Source: an uncultured Nitrososphaerota archaeon (GTDB lineage Archaea > Thermoproteota > Nitrososphaeria > Nitrososphaerales > CADDZS01). From it: a stretch of DNA of 64,000 bases. The notes under the pieces were generated by a model. It did no database searches, was not told where the DNA came from, and worked only from the letters and a program-made list of their open reading frames with translations. A program made the position numbers and the translations under genes. Numbering within the stretch: position 1 is the first letter of the stretch; every line of letters begins with the position of its first letter. Shown one piece after another: positions 51,151 through 60,362 of the stretch. Where the stretch lies: assembly GCA_963799845.1 (NCBI GenBank), contig CAWCYI010000006.1, forward strand, positions 160,001 through 224,000, written 5' to 3'.

Positions 51151-51798
51151 ATGTCGTTCATCGAGGGCTATCCAGACAGTGATGTCGCCAGGGGCCTTGA
51201 TGAACTCGAACGTCCGAGCGACAACGACCTGGTAATCCTCAAGGCGATGGGCGAAGATGAGGATGCAAAAGAGCTATCCTTCCAGGGTATAAAGCGGAAA
51301 CTCGGCCTCCATCAGGAAACCCTTTCTCGCGCTCTTCACAGATTGCAGCGCGACGGATTTGTCGAGCGGCTTGATCACGCTTACAGGATCAGTCCCAAAG
51401 GAATCTCCACGATCGGAGAAACAAAGCCAGGATTATCTCCCAAGATGGAAATAGGTGATCCGTATTCGATATCGTTGCTTAGAGCGAGACTGCCTTCGGA
51501 CGTTAATATTTCGGAGCTCGTTAATTCTCTTAGTTACAAGTGGTTTGGAAACCTGCGATGGCTGGGCTCAACTCAAGCGCCAGATTCTGCGACGCTAAGC
51601 TGGATGACCAATGACTCCGGATTGAAGATCTCGATCAGGATTAAGGAAGATGTTCTTACGATCGAGACATTCCCTCTGGGATCAAATTCGGTTTCTGATG
51701 CGGCGAGATCTGCATTCGAACTTTTCGATCATGTTTCGAAGGCGTTGAAGGGATCTACTCGTTCCTCCAGCTCAGGCATCAATGCGCGAGCTGGTTAA
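51151..51798 (+). CDS. MarR-like winged-helix protein with extra C-terminal domain
   Basis: SFQGIKRKLGLHQETLSRAL.RL...G.V motif. Confidence 0.75.
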   Translation: MSFIEGYPDSDVARGLDELERPSDNDLVILKAMGEDEDAKELSFQGIKRKLGLHQETLSRALHRLQRDGFVERLDHAYRISPKGISTIGETKPGLSPKMEIGDPYSISLLRARLPSDVNISELVNSLSYKWFGNLRWLGSTQAPDSATLSWMTNDSGLKISIRIKEDVLTIETFPLGSNSVSDAARSAFELFDHVSKALKGSTRSSSSGINARAG

Positions 51799-51881
51799 GC
51801 TGTGACTTGCTGACTCGTCAGTTAGTCAATAACTATCGTTCATTTCCAATACTCATCCTAACGAAGAAGGACATTCAAAAC

Positions 51882-52463
51882 ATGACTACTATTGTAGGAA
51901 TAAATTGTAAGGACGGAGTTGTTTTGTCTTCGGACAAAAGAGCTTCCAAGGGCTTCTTCATCGGGTCCAAGGAAACGCAAAAGATACTCCCAGTTGATGA
52001 AACGATCGCGGTCGCGATCGCCGGTCAGGTTTCTGACGCGGAGTACCTGGTCAATGCAGTCAGAGCGGAAAGAAAACTGGTGACGCTCCAGAGAGGGTTT
52101 CCCCTAACGGTAAAGGAGACTTCCAAGCTGATCGCGAATATCGCGTACAACGGCATGAAGAGCTACCAGCCATACTATGCTGAATTCATCGTCGCCGGAG
52201 TCGATCAGACCGGGCCTCACGTATTCATTTCCGACATGAGTGGCGCGGTGTCGCCCGAGGAATACGTCTCGACTGGTTCTGGAAGTCCAATCGCGTACGG
52301 TGTTCTGGAAAGCAGCTACCACAAAGACCTGACGATGGAAGAAGGTAAGAAAATTGGAACATCGGCGGTCAAAGCAGCAATGGAAAGAGATCCTGGATCA
52401 GGAAACGGCATTGACGTGCTCGCAATCCCTCTCCTCGTCGCTCCAACCATGAGCGTGAACTAG
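51882..52463 (+). CDS. psmB: Proteasome beta subunit, apparently without propeptide
   Basis: MTTIVG, SDKRAS, QKI, STGSGS and ERDPGSG motifs; SD-like agaagga before ATG 51882. Confidence 0.9.
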   Translation: MTTIVGINCKDGVVLSSDKRASKGFFIGSKETQKILPVDETIAVAIAGQVSDAEYLVNAVRAERKLVTLQRGFPLTVKETSKLIANIAYNGMKSYQPYYAEFIVAGVDQTGPHVFISDMSGAVSPEEYVSTGSGSPIAYGVLESSYHKDLTMEEGKKIGTSAVKAAMERDPGSGNGIDVLAIPLLVAPTMSVN

Positions 52464-52483
52464 AAAAGAGGTTGAAGAAAAAA

Positions 52484-53161
52484 ATGGAATCACAACAGCA
52501 ACAAGCGGGTGGAAGGATGCCCTACTTCTACGGGCCTGAAGGGAGCCTAGTCCAAGTAGACTTTGCTCTTGAAGCAGTAAACCGTGGTTCGACTACTCTG
52601 GGAATAAAGACAAGCGATGTCGCAATTCTCGCAAGCCAGCTAAAGCCCACGAGGCCCCTGATTGATCCGTCGGAGAAGGTATTTCTTGTCGACGACCACA
52701 TCGGAGCGACTGGCGCGGGATACATCGGTGACGTCCTAAAACTCATCCAGGAACTGCGGGTCGAAGCACAGAAGCACAATCTGACCTTCGGTTCGCCCAT
52801 TGACATCAAGACGGCAGCGGAGACTCTGAGCTCCTATCTCCACCAGTACACCATCTACGCAGTTAGACCCCTAGGTGCCTCGGTCATAATGGCCGGAAAA
52901 GATCCGACAGGTGTCCAGCTGTACCAGGTAGACCCGAGCGGAACATTCTTCCGAGGATCTGCTTTCGCAATCGGCTACAAATCAGAGCAGGCAATCGAAT
53001 ACATACAGAGAAAATATGATCCGAATCTATCAAAGGATCAACTCATCGTCTTGGCTCAAGACGCAATCAAGAGTGCAACCAGCGAAGACGCTCCAATCGA
53101 AATCGGCATCGTCAACGGAACCGACTCCAAGTTCCACAAGATGCCTTTACTGACTCACTAG
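52484..53161 (+). CDS. psmA: Divergent proteasome alpha subunit
   Basis: P.G.L.QV..A.EAV.RG.T.LGI, EKVF.VDDHI, RPLG.S and DPSG.F motifs. Confidence 0.85.
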   Translation: MESQQQQAGGRMPYFYGPEGSLVQVDFALEAVNRGSTTLGIKTSDVAILASQLKPTRPLIDPSEKVFLVDDHIGATGAGYIGDVLKLIQELRVEAQKHNLTFGSPIDIKTAAETLSSYLHQYTIYAVRPLGASVIMAGKDPTGVQLYQVDPSGTFFRGSAFAIGYKSEQAIEYIQRKYDPNLSKDQLIVLAQDAIKSATSEDAPIEIGIVNGTDSKFHKMPLLTH

Positions 53162-53171
53162 ACGAACTAGA

Positions 53172-53206
53172 CCCGGTTGGCAACGGCCAACACGGGCACT
53201 TTTTTT
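53172..53206 (+). terminator. Hairpin plus T-run after the proteasome operon
   Basis: cccggttggc-aacg-gccaacacggg followed by a T tract. Confidence 0.55.
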
Positions 53207-53229
53207 CTTTTACTGACGGCAACGTTTTT

Positions 53230-54266
53230 TCTCTTTTCCGACAATTATTTCGCAAGCTGGTAAACAGGAGTAGACTGGGAGAGTTTTGGAAGAGCGTAAC
53301 AAAGCGTTACGAGAAACATGTGCCCGCGAAGCTTGATAGCGACAAGATCAGTTACCTCTTCAGAGCTAGAGAAAGGGGCGAGACCTGCGCAAACATTGCT
53401 CTCCAGCTCGGGGTGTCAAAGAGGAGGGTTGAGCAGATACTTGCCCAGCATAGGAAAGGTGGGGGTGTGCCTCTCCTCCTCAAGAAACCAGGAAGGAAAA
53501 GCATTCCAATTACCGACGAGGAAACTTCACTCGTCATTGATGCTTATCAGAGATATAGGGCAAACGCCCTCTACCTTGAACGAAAGATCGAGAGCGATAG
53601 CAAGATTCACATCAACCACAACAGGATACACAGGGTGCTCCTGATGAACTCCTTTGCGTCAAACTCTAGGAAGAAGTGGATAAGGAGGAAGTGGGTCAGA
53701 TACGAGAGGGAACACTCGAATTCATTATGGCATACGGACTGGCACGAGGTAAAGGATCCGAGGTGGAAGGGCAAGTGGCTCACCTGCTATGAAGATGATG
53801 CTTCTCGTCTCATTACCGGATTTGGGGTCCATGAAACGCTGACCTCGGAGTACTCTGTTTCCTGTCTTGAGAGCGCCATGAAGGAACACGGCAAACCTGC
53901 ATCGATCCTATCCGACCACGGAACCACATTTTACACGATGGAATCTGAGAGGAGGGAGAAGGGGATGACAGAATTCGAGAGGTGTCTCTTGAAGCACAAG
54001 ATAAGATTCATCCTCGGAAGAGTCAACCACCCCCAGACGAACGGCAAGATCGAGAAGTTCTTCGACATATTCGAGAGTAAGATCAAGTGGTTCTCCTCGA
54101 TAGATGAGTTCATGAAGTGGTACAATGAAGTGAGGCCTCATGGAGCCCTTGACCTCAAGACGCCAACCCAGGCTTACTACGAGAAGATGCCGCAGTTAGA
54201 TGCTCTTGAATATCCTTTGTCTATGGAGGTCTCCTGACAGATGCGAAATGATTTCTGGAAAAAACA
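53230..54266 (+). mobile_element. IS481-like element type A, copy 2 (1037 bp)
   Basis: 15-bp TSD gacggcaacgttttt at 53215-53229 and 54267-54281; a few SNPs versus copy 1. Confidence 0.93.
53320..54237 (+). CDS. IS481-like DDE transposase
   Basis: Matches 14541-15458 except one A>V substitution. Confidence 0.92.
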   Translation: MPAKLDSDKISYLFRARERGETCANIALQLGVSKRRVEQILAQHRKGGGVPLLLKKPGRKSIPITDEETSLVIDAYQRYRANALYLERKIESDSKIHINHNRIHRVLLMNSFASNSRKKWIRRKWVRYEREHSNSLWHTDWHEVKDPRWKGKWLTCYEDDASRLITGFGVHETLTSEYSVSCLESAMKEHGKPASILSDHGTTFYTMESERREKGMTEFERCLLKHKIRFILGRVNHPQTNGKIEKFFDIFESKIKWFSSIDEFMKWYNEVRPHGALDLKTPTQAYYEKMPQLDALEYPLSMEVS

Positions 54267-54314
54267 GACGGCAACGTTTTTCTTTTCAGTTATCATCTTG
54301 TTCTCTGTTTACAA

Positions 54315-54611
54315 TTGCCCCGCGCAAAGAATGTCGAAGAGCTCCGCCAATCTCTTCTCTACAACAATACTCTCGAAGTATGGATGGCGCTGTGCACGGA
54401 GAGAGGCGTGCAGTGGAGAGACGTTGAAACTTACGGAAAGTTTCTCGACCACCTCGCAAAGGTTGGAGTTAAACTCGATCTTTCTGTCGTTTGCCCGCCC
54501 ATCAAGGGCTTTTCAGAAAAACCTCCGAAAGCATTCAACATCAAGCTCGACAATGAAACTATTCGAAAGATCAGGCTTTTTGAAAATCCAGCCGAAGCTC
54601 CAACAAATTAA
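54315..54611 (+). CDS. Hypothetical protein
   Basis: 98-aa ORF co-oriented with the Trm112-like gene. Confidence 0.55.
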   Translation: MPRAKNVEELRQSLLYNNTLEVWMALCTERGVQWRDVETYGKFLDHLAKVGVKLDLSVVCPPIKGFSEKPPKAFNIKLDNETIRKIRLFENPAEAPTN

Positions 54612-54652
54612 ATAACTGACAAAGAGAACCGAATCGATTACCAAGGAGCTCA

Positions 54653-54934
54653 TTGCCCCAAATGAAACGAAAATTATTGGATATACTCGCTTGCCCGATC
54701 GACAAGCACTATCCGCTGGAATTGTTTGAGATCAATTCGGAGGACGATGTCATCGTTGACGGTGCTTTGTTTTGCACGGAGTGCAACAGGTTCTATCCTA
54801 TTACTGATGAAATTCCAGTCATGTTGCCGGACGATCTTAGGAACAAGAGCGAGGACATTGACTTTCTTACAAAGTTCAGAGACAAGCTTCCAGAGAAGAT
54901 TGTAAAGCAAGGGAAACCGGTCCATTTGCAGTGA
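54653..54934 (+). CDS. Trm112-like protein
   Basis: LLDILACP.DK and C..C.R.YPI.D.IP.ML motifs. Confidence 0.9.
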   Translation: MPQMKRKLLDILACPIDKHYPLELFEINSEDDVIVDGALFCTECNRFYPITDEIPVMLPDDLRNKSEDIDFLTKFRDKLPEKIVKQGKPVHLQ

Positions 54935-54952
54935 CGCTTTCAGTGTTTATTT

Positions 54953-55480
54953 TTGAAGGCCAAATGCTCGAAATCAAAGTCGGCAACTCGTAGCAAGAAG
55001 ATTTCAAAAGTTCCAAATCTGATTTCTCCCAAAGCAAAGCTTGGAGACAACGTGCGAGTCTGGAACTTTGCGTACGTTGGCGGCGATACTACAATCGGTG
55101 ACAACACGAAGATTGGATATCTCGCTCATGTCGATTACAACGTCATTATCGGAAAGAACTGCAAGATCGAAGGACTCGCGTACATCGCTCCACTCTCGAG
55201 GATCGGGGATAACGTCTTCATCGGACCTGGGGCGGTTCTTACAAATGACCCCTATCCACTATCCGACAGAATGATCGGCGTCACGGTCGAGGACGGAGCG
55301 TTGATCTGTGCTCGTGCCGTTGTCAAAGCAGGAGTGATTATCGGAAAAAATAGTGTAGTCGGTATGGGCGCCGTCGTAACCAAGGATGTTCCTCCAGACA
55401 CGGTCGTGGTTGGAGTTCCCGCCAAGGTAGCTTATTCCCGAGAAGAATACGAGAAAAAGAGACTCGCCTGGAATAGCTAA
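54953..55480 (+). CDS. Hexapeptide-repeat N-acetyltransferase (WbpD-like)
   Basis: VFIGP..VLTND.YP and GAVVTKDVP..VVVGVPA motifs. Confidence 0.88.
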   Translation: MKAKCSKSKSATRSKKISKVPNLISPKAKLGDNVRVWNFAYVGGDTTIGDNTKIGYLAHVDYNVIIGKNCKIEGLAYIAPLSRIGDNVFIGPGAVLTNDPYPLSDRMIGVTVEDGALICARAVVKAGVIIGKNSVVGMGAVVTKDVPPDTVVVGVPAKVAYSREEYEKKRLAWNS

Positions 55481-55542
55481 ATCAAGACCTCATTATTACA
55501 AATACCATATCCGCTAACTGAATAATTCCCTTAGGGCGGAAT

Positions 55543-55788
55543 CTATGCTTTCAACTTGTTTTTTTCTATCCGCAGCTGAGTTCTGACCATCCTCTTTTGC
55601 ATTTCGTAGAAGAGGAATAACCAGACAACAACCAAGATGGATGCAAGAATTCCTTTGAGTATGCCGTCCAGAAACGAATGAAAAACCACAAGCGGGACGA
55701 TATATTCGAAAATGATCACAGTTCCGACAAGGACGAGAATCCAGACTGCCGTAAAAATACCGATTAGCGTTTTGACAGCATCAGGCAA
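55543..55788 (-). CDS. Small membrane protein
   Basis: Two hydrophobic helices; overlaps the end of the aglH-like gene. Confidence 0.6.
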   Translation of the reverse strand: MPDAVKTLIGIFTAVWILVLVGTVIIFEYIVPLVVFHSFLDGILKGILASILVVVWLFLFYEMQKRMVRTQLRIEKNKLKA

Positions 55789-56824
55789 TGGTGATCACCC
55801 ATGTCAATATTGCAGTTAGACCCGCCAGAAAGGCAGTGTAGGCGCTTAACTTCAGGATGTCGCGACCAATCTGCTTTTCGGTTTTTGCTTGGGTCCCGAC
55901 GAGCAAACGCATCAGAGTAACTGGAGCATTCGGGTCTTCAGTTGCAAGCATCGTATTATCCGGCAGAATGACAACTGGCTGGGATTTGATCTCGCGATGC
56001 TCGACCAAACGTCTTACACTGGAAAGGAAGAAGAACGAATTCATTATCGCGGGCAGGATTGCGATGACGGCGACCACCTCGACGCCTCCGATGATAGCCA
56101 TCGTACCATAAGCGGCCCCCAGTGCCATTGCACCAGAGTCACCTGGAAATATCTTCGAAGGAAATTTGTGAAAGTAGTAGAAAGCCAGGGTGGCAGTCAC
56201 AAATGGAAAGAAAGTCGCCAGAATGACCGGATTTTCCTTTCCCACGAGGTAACGGAGGATTATTGCAAACCCCATCGGTACAGAAGCAATTAGAATCGTG
56301 CCGGTTACGACCCCGTTCAGCACGTCAATCGTGTTAATCGTGTTGGTGACAACGGGGATTGCAACTATAATCAGTAATATGTAGATTAGCGGAACGTTTG
56401 TGGGCTCGCGAAAGAGGGGCAGGTAAAGATGGGGGTTGTAAACCATCGCCCCGGGCACCAGATACTGGAGAGCAACCAGCGGGAGACCTCCAACTAGCAA
56501 TAGCGCAGGCTTTACAATTCCTCCCAGAGTTTTGAGATCGTCAACAACGCCGATGAGCCCCGAAAGCAAAGTCACCAGTGCCAGCCCCAGAGAGGCGTAG
56601 CTTCCGGTAATCGCGAAAAGAAAGACTTCGGATGCGACAATCGCGAAGATGATCGCGGGGCCGCCCGGTCTAGGAATCTGGGGTTTTCCTACCTTGTGAT
56701 AATCCAGCACAGTCATTTTCTTTTTTGGAAGGTACTCGATCAGGGCCTTGGTTCCACACAAGCACAGAAAAAATGAGAATACCGAGACAGACAGTGCTTC
56801 CGCAACAAGATTCAGATAGGACAA
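55781..56824 (-). CDS. aglH: UDP-GlcNAc:dolichol-phosphate GlcNAc-1-P transferase (glycosyltransferase family 4/MraY-like)
   Basis: D.HK, PGG, G..DD, N..D.LNG and IFPGDSG motifs; multiple TM helices. Confidence 0.85.
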   Translation of the reverse strand: MSYLNLVAEALSVSVFSFFLCLCGTKALIEYLPKKKMTVLDYHKVGKPQIPRPGGPAIIFAIVASEVFLFAITGSYASLGLALVTLLSGLIGVVDDLKTLGGIVKPALLLVGGLPLVALQYLVPGAMVYNPHLYLPLFREPTNVPLIYILLIIVAIPVVTNTINTIDVLNGVVTGTILIASVPMGFAIILRYLVGKENPVILATFFPFVTATLAFYYFHKFPSKIFPGDSGAMALGAAYGTMAIIGGVEVVAVIAILPAIMNSFFFLSSVRRLVEHREIKSQPVVILPDNTMLATEDPNAPVTLMRLLVGTQAKTEKQIGRDILKLSAYTAFLAGLTAILTWVITIA

Positions 56825-56943
56825 AGCGATATTCTAAAAATCCGTATTCACACTTTTGCGATTTTCAATTTTAAAATGCTATCCCAGTTGATCTTAACAG
56901 TTTAAATAATAACTTCTGCAAAGGAAAGTGCTGTTAAAACGAA

Positions 56944-57231
56944 TTGAGAATCGCTGATCTAAAGGGCGAACAAAGTCGAGTAGACGTTGAAGGCGAGGTA
57001 ATTGAGAAAGGGGAGGTTAGGACTGTCAATCTTCGAGCTGGGGGTTCTTCGACCGTGGCAGATGCGACGATAAAGGACGACAGCGGGACGATCAAACTTT
57101 CTTTGTGGGGAGAGCAGATCAACTCTGTAGATGTCGGTGACAAGGTTAGGATCGAAAACGGGTACACGAAAGCGTTCCGTGGAGAAGTCCAGCTGAACAT
57201 CGGCAGATACGGAAAGCTCGCCAAAGTCTAG
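56944..57231 (+). CDS. ssb: Single OB-fold ssDNA-binding protein
   Basis: D.SG.I.LSLW and GD.V.IENGY...FRG..QLNIGRYG motifs. Confidence 0.85.
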   Translation: MRIADLKGEQSRVDVEGEVIEKGEVRTVNLRAGGSSTVADATIKDDSGTIKLSLWGEQINSVDVGDKVRIENGYTKAFRGEVQLNIGRYGKLAKV

Positions 57232-57334
57232 AAAGATTCTTCGTGAATCCTCTGGCATTCTCTGCCAGAGTTCATCTAACTTTGTACTAAAGCTCTGAAA
57301 CTTTTAAAAATCTCACTCGTGCTTCTCCTCTTTT

Positions 57335-57940
57335 ATGGTAAAGAAATACACTCTTCCGGAACTTCCCTACAAATACGACGCTTTGGAACCGTACATCTCG
57401 AAAGAGATAATGACGCTTCATCACGATAAGCATCATCTCGCCTATGTCAACGGCGCGAACGCCGCGTTGGACAAGCTGGATATGGGCAGGAAAAACAACT
57501 GGCAGGGCGTAGACCTCAAGGCTGTCGAACGTGACTTGAGTTTCAACCTCGCTGGACACGTGTTGCACTCTGTTTTTTGGCCGAACATGAAGGCAAACGG
57601 CGGGGGTAAACCAGGCGGGAAACTGGCTGACAAGATCAACGAAGATTTTGGCACCTTTGACGCGTTCAAAGCACAGCTCTCTGCGGCCGCAAAGCAGGTC
57701 GAAGGCTCTGGATGGGGATTGCTCGTCTACGATCCAACCAGCGACCAGTTGTTGACGCTTCAGGCTGAAAAGCACAACCTGCTCGCGACTCAGAACTCCT
57801 TCCCATTGCTGGTTTGCGATGTCTGGGAGCATGCGTACTATCTGCAGTACAAGAACGACCGGGGAGCCTATGTCGACGCCTTCTGGAACGTAATCAACTG
57901 GGACTATGTCGACGGGCAGCTTGCGACTGCTGTGATGTAG
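57335..57940 (+). CDS. sod: Fe/Mn superoxide dismutase
   Basis: HHDKHH, GH.LHS.FW and DVWEHAYY motifs. Confidence 0.97.
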   Translation: MVKKYTLPELPYKYDALEPYISKEIMTLHHDKHHLAYVNGANAALDKLDMGRKNNWQGVDLKAVERDLSFNLAGHVLHSVFWPNMKANGGGKPGGKLADKINEDFGTFDAFKAQLSAAAKQVEGSGWGLLVYDPTSDQLLTLQAEKHNLLATQNSFPLLVCDVWEHAYYLQYKNDRGAYVDAFWNVINWDYVDGQLATAVM

Positions 57941-57951
57941 AATTCAACTCG

Positions 57952-57975
57952 GAACGCCCTAATTTTGGGGCGTTC
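57952..57975. terminator. Hairpin between convergent sod and metK
   Basis: gaacgccc-N8-gggcgttc. Confidence 0.45.
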
Positions 57976-57986
57976 TATGAATTTTT

Positions 57987-59175
57987 TTAGAATATTGAGT
58001 GCTCTCTCTTCACGATCTGCTTCCAGAGGTTTGGCATATCTTTCATTTTTTCTTCTACGATTGACTGGACGTCCTTTTCCAGCTTAGAGTTCCTCTGAGT
58101 GAATAGATCAACGTTGATCGCCTGCGGCTGGTTGATCGGCTTGCCGATTTCCGAAACAATGTAACAAGCTGTCTGCTCGAGTTCGGGGTATTCCTTCCGA
58201 ATTGCAGAGACGATTGTGCTTGCACAGATGTTGTAGATCTTTCCAGTGTGATTGATTGGATTTTTCCCCGCGGTAGCCTCCAGTGTCATTGGTCTGAAGG
58301 GCGTTATCAGCCCATTTGCCCTGTTTCCTCTACCGACTTGACCGTCGTCTCCGTGTTCGGCGCTAGTACCTGTAACAGTAAGGTAGTAGAGCTTCTTAGC
58401 GAAGTTATCGGCCGTGTTTACCTTGATTGCCACGTCCATCGAAGTGTACTTGTTGGCTACGCCCTGAGCAATCTCTCGGACTATATCCCGAGTTTCACTG
58501 TATTCGGCTTCGTCTTTCACAAATTTTGAAATTATCGCGCAGGCAATGGTCAGATTGATTTTGTCATGACGCCTGACTCCCATGACCTTGATATCCTCGC
58601 CGATCTGAGGGTATTTTCTCTTGACGTCACCGGAGTTTCAGCTCGGTTTCCACATTGTACACTACGTTTTCGATTTCGGTATTGGGGCCGTACCAGACGC
58701 CAAAACTTGTATCGTTGGAGAGCGGAACATCGTCTTCTAGGTCATAGTTCTTGACGAGATCTACGCTCCCTGGCCTAATTTTGGTGGCAATCGTGACGTC
58801 TTTCTCTGCATCCAGAGCGTGCATCTCCTTTTTCATCCATTCGCGCGTGACCTCCTGCGCGATCTTTTCAATGGGGACTTCCTTTCCTTCGATTCGACTC
58901 GCTGCACGCCCGACAATCATCAGATAAATCGGCTCGGTCACTCGGCCCCCGCCGAAAGTGACTTGGGATTGACCGCCGACCAGTACGCACTTGTCCACAT
59001 TATGGTGATAAATTCGCCCGAAGTTTGAAAGATAGTAGTCGCATAGAGCTATGCTCAACTCTTCGGCGGCACGGTCTGAGAGAGTGTCCGGATGTCCCTT
59101 GCCCTTTCTTTCCACGAACTCGACGGGCATTTTGGAAACAGTTGTATTTGCAGAAAATGTAATCTCTAGGTTCAA
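57987..59175 (-). CDS. metK: Archaeal S-adenosylmethionine synthetase, frameshifted near 58630
   Basis: VERKGKGHPD, HHNVDK, SNDTSFGV, GTSAEHGDDG.VGRGNR and AGKNP..H.GK motifs. Confidence 0.93.
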
Positions 59176-59318
59176 TTATGAAGATCTCGCAGCTATTTCC
59201 TAACACGGCGTGAATTATGCCTTTTAACGATTTTTACTTCCAATAATAATTGAAACCCTAAAAAATTCCTAAAGGAATAACACGGTCAATTCAGCATTAA
59301 TACCATTAAGGGTACTTT

Positions 59319-60359
59319 TTGGAAAAAAAGCGTGTATTCAATTCGATGATGTTTAGTGTGGACTCTACGTTGACAGGCATTCACTCTCGATCTGAAGAGA
59401 CTGTGAAAGTGTCGAGAGATTACGATCGTTCCAGAGCAACCAAGGAGACTCTGGATTCTACGTTTGAAGCAGATGCAAAAAACCTGGTAAAATTACAACT
59501 GGAATCGGGAATTAGTCGAATCTCTGACGGACAATTACTCTGGCAGGATTTTATCCGCCCGTTCTCTGAAAGTCTTATCGGTCTGAAAGGCGGCGCTGAC
59601 CTGTCTCGATGGTTTGACACCAATTCCTTTTACCGAAAGCCTTCGGTTGTAAGAAAGGTAAAACTCCCTGAAGATAGATCCTTCATTCAAGATTATGAGG
59701 TAGCTTCCGCCCTAAGTCTCGCAAAAGAGGCCAAGGCAAAGAAGAAGCTGTCAATTCCGGGGCCGTACACTCTGGCAAGCCTCGTTCAGGACGATTACTA
59801 TGACTCGCGGGATGAATTGATCGAGGATTTTGCCAAGGTTATCAAGAAACTCCTGAAGAATCTCGTGAACCTTGGTTATGAATCAGTTCAGATAAACGAA
59901 CCTTCACTGGTTTATCGTTACGGAATATCCGCACTGACGAGCAAGAAGGAACTCAAGAGTTTCATTTCTGCTTTCGACGACAACTTCAGGTCGCCTCCAC
60001 TCCAGTTGAGTCTCCACACATACTTCGGGGATTCGTCGCAAATTTTGAACAAACTGCTTGATCTGGAAGGGGTTTCTGAGATAGGCATCGACTTTACTCA
60101 AACTTCACTGGATTCGTTAGAAGGGAGCGAGTTCGATGAAAAGGCTCTAGCCTGTGCGTGTGTGGACGGAAGGAATTCACTTGTTGAATCCCCCGAGTGG
60201 ATTTCGGACTTCTGTCTAGATGCGGTGAAGACTCTGAAGCCCTCCGGATTAGTGATCCTTCCAAGTTCGGAATTGAAGTACTTACCGAGAAATGTTGCCG
60301 ACGAAAAAATAAGCGCTATCGGCAAAGCGGCGACAATTGTTAGGAAGAAGTTGAACTAA
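59319..60359 (+). CDS. Split MetE, N-terminal (non-catalytic, folate-binding) barrel
   Basis: DGQ..W.D, RWFDTN.FYR.P, GPYTL, TYFG and VDGRN motifs; no Zn ligands. Confidence 0.8.
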   Translation: MEKKRVFNSMMFSVDSTLTGIHSRSEETVKVSRDYDRSRATKETLDSTFEADAKNLVKLQLESGISRISDGQLLWQDFIRPFSESLIGLKGGADLSRWFDTNSFYRKPSVVRKVKLPEDRSFIQDYEVASALSLAKEAKAKKKLSIPGPYTLASLVQDDYYDSRDELIEDFAKVIKKLLKNLVNLGYESVQINEPSLVYRYGISALTSKKELKSFISAFDDNFRSPPLQLSLHTYFGDSSQILNKLLDLEGVSEIGIDFTQTSLDSLEGSEFDEKALACACVDGRNSLVESPEWISDFCLDAVKTLKPSGLVILPSSELKYLPRNVADEKISAIGKAATIVRKKLN

Positions 60360-60362
60360 ATT

